A DNA stretch of 64,000 nucleotides from Dipteris shenzhenensis. Taxonomy: Eukaryota. The stretch's first letter is position 1. Each line of letters starts with the position of its first letter. The position numbers were made by a program, and so were the translations under genes. Below the pieces are notes generated by a model. That model was not told the origin of the DNA. It ran no database searches and saw only the letters and a program-made list of their open reading frames with translations. Below, one piece after another: positions 62,990 through 64,000 of this stretch. The stretch lies in NCBI GenBank assembly GCA_047967505.1, contig CM106538.1; one strand, written 5' to 3'.

Positions 62990-63960
62990 CAAAGAGCATG
63001 ACATAATTCCAGCATTGGCTCTACATGAAAAATGTGAGAGATATTTTAAAATATCATATATGTTCCAAGGCTAAAAAGAACTTGCTTTCAGTTCTATTTA
63101 GCCTTTTAGGATGATGTAATGATATTCTTTTAACAAAGCTAAAATCCACAATAAAGGATTCATTTATCAGAGTTGTTGGCTCAAGTAGCAAAGTGATGAA
63201 GTCAAAACATGCATATTCTACATCCAAACAGCTTACTACTAACCTCTAGCACAAGAGGAGGGATCACATCAATCCCAAAAGCCTTCGCAACAATAAAACG
63301 GCTTAGCATGTTGACACCTTGGATCAGGTAGAGCCACATATCTCCTTTTGTCAGGGTGGTGTCTATGGGAAGATGCACTGGTTACCTTTCCAAAGATATG
63401 AGCAGCAGAAAAGGGCAGCAGGCCCTCTTAATCTTGTGCACAAGACTTGGTTGGGCATGTTAGTTAGTATATGGCACATTCGCCAAAAGGATCCATATCA
63501 AAGGTACTATGCATTTTGGGATCTTTTATGGGCTTTCCAAAACTCGCTACAAGGGTTTTGTGACATTGATTGGGCAGGTAGCAAAGACAAAAAATCTCCT
63601 ACATGCTACGCTTTTAATCTCAACAGTGGTAGTATTTCATGGGTGAGCAAGAAGTAAAGTATTATTGCTCTTTCTTCCAATAAGGCTGAGTATATGCAAT
63701 AAATGCAGCAATACGTGAAAGTGATTTGGATTCAAAGATTACTTGACGATCTTGGCATAGTACAATAGGTTGTGACAACCAATCTGCATTGCTTTGGTGA
63801 AGAATCATGTGGTTCATTCTAGGACTAAGCACATTGATATAAGATCTCACTTCATCCCTGAGAAGGTGGAAAATCTGCAGATCCAGATGATCTAGTGTTC
63901 TACCAAGGGTTATCCAATAGATGTATACCAAAGGGTTTTCCTATTTCTTTCAAAGGGACA
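62990..63960 (+). mobile_element. internally deleted copia fragment (GAG-pre-integrase fused to RNase H)
   Basis: FCQGGVYGKMHWLPF..AAGPLNLVH joined to LQGFCDIDWAGS..SGSISWVSKK, then RTKHIDIR. Confidence 0.85.
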
Positions 63961-64000
63961 TTGACAATGCATGATGATGCAATCTCTAAGAATCAAGTCA

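Overview
This is TE-saturated eukaryotic (land-plant) DNA; a large-genome seed-free plant such as a fern is a guess from element style and cannot be proven here. Most of the 64 kb is decayed LTR retrotransposon. It includes one structurally complete Ty1/copia (41185-47122, TAAGT TSD), one chromodomain Ty3/gypsy with an internal duplication sitting in a (GA)n tract (23651-30970), and many fragments. There are also two LINE relics, a hAT fragment and several minisatellites. Only two host genes are supported: the last three exons of DGAT1 (minus strand, 56927-58005) and a small TATA-driven two-exon gene of unknown function (minus strand, 33412-34262). Three features stand out. (i) A scrambled Helentron/Helitron2-type rolling-circle relic (about 5100-7030) carries an antisense insert resembling a herpesvirus/phage DNA-packaging terminase ATPase. 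(ii) That relic is followed by a 1.9-kb array of palindromic 21-mers that flips orientation. (iii) Two related non-autonomous TIR elements end in CATTA...TAATG and appear to insert without a target-site duplication; one contains a ~340-bp palindrome. All protein assignments are by eye or from memory and need HMM confirmation.
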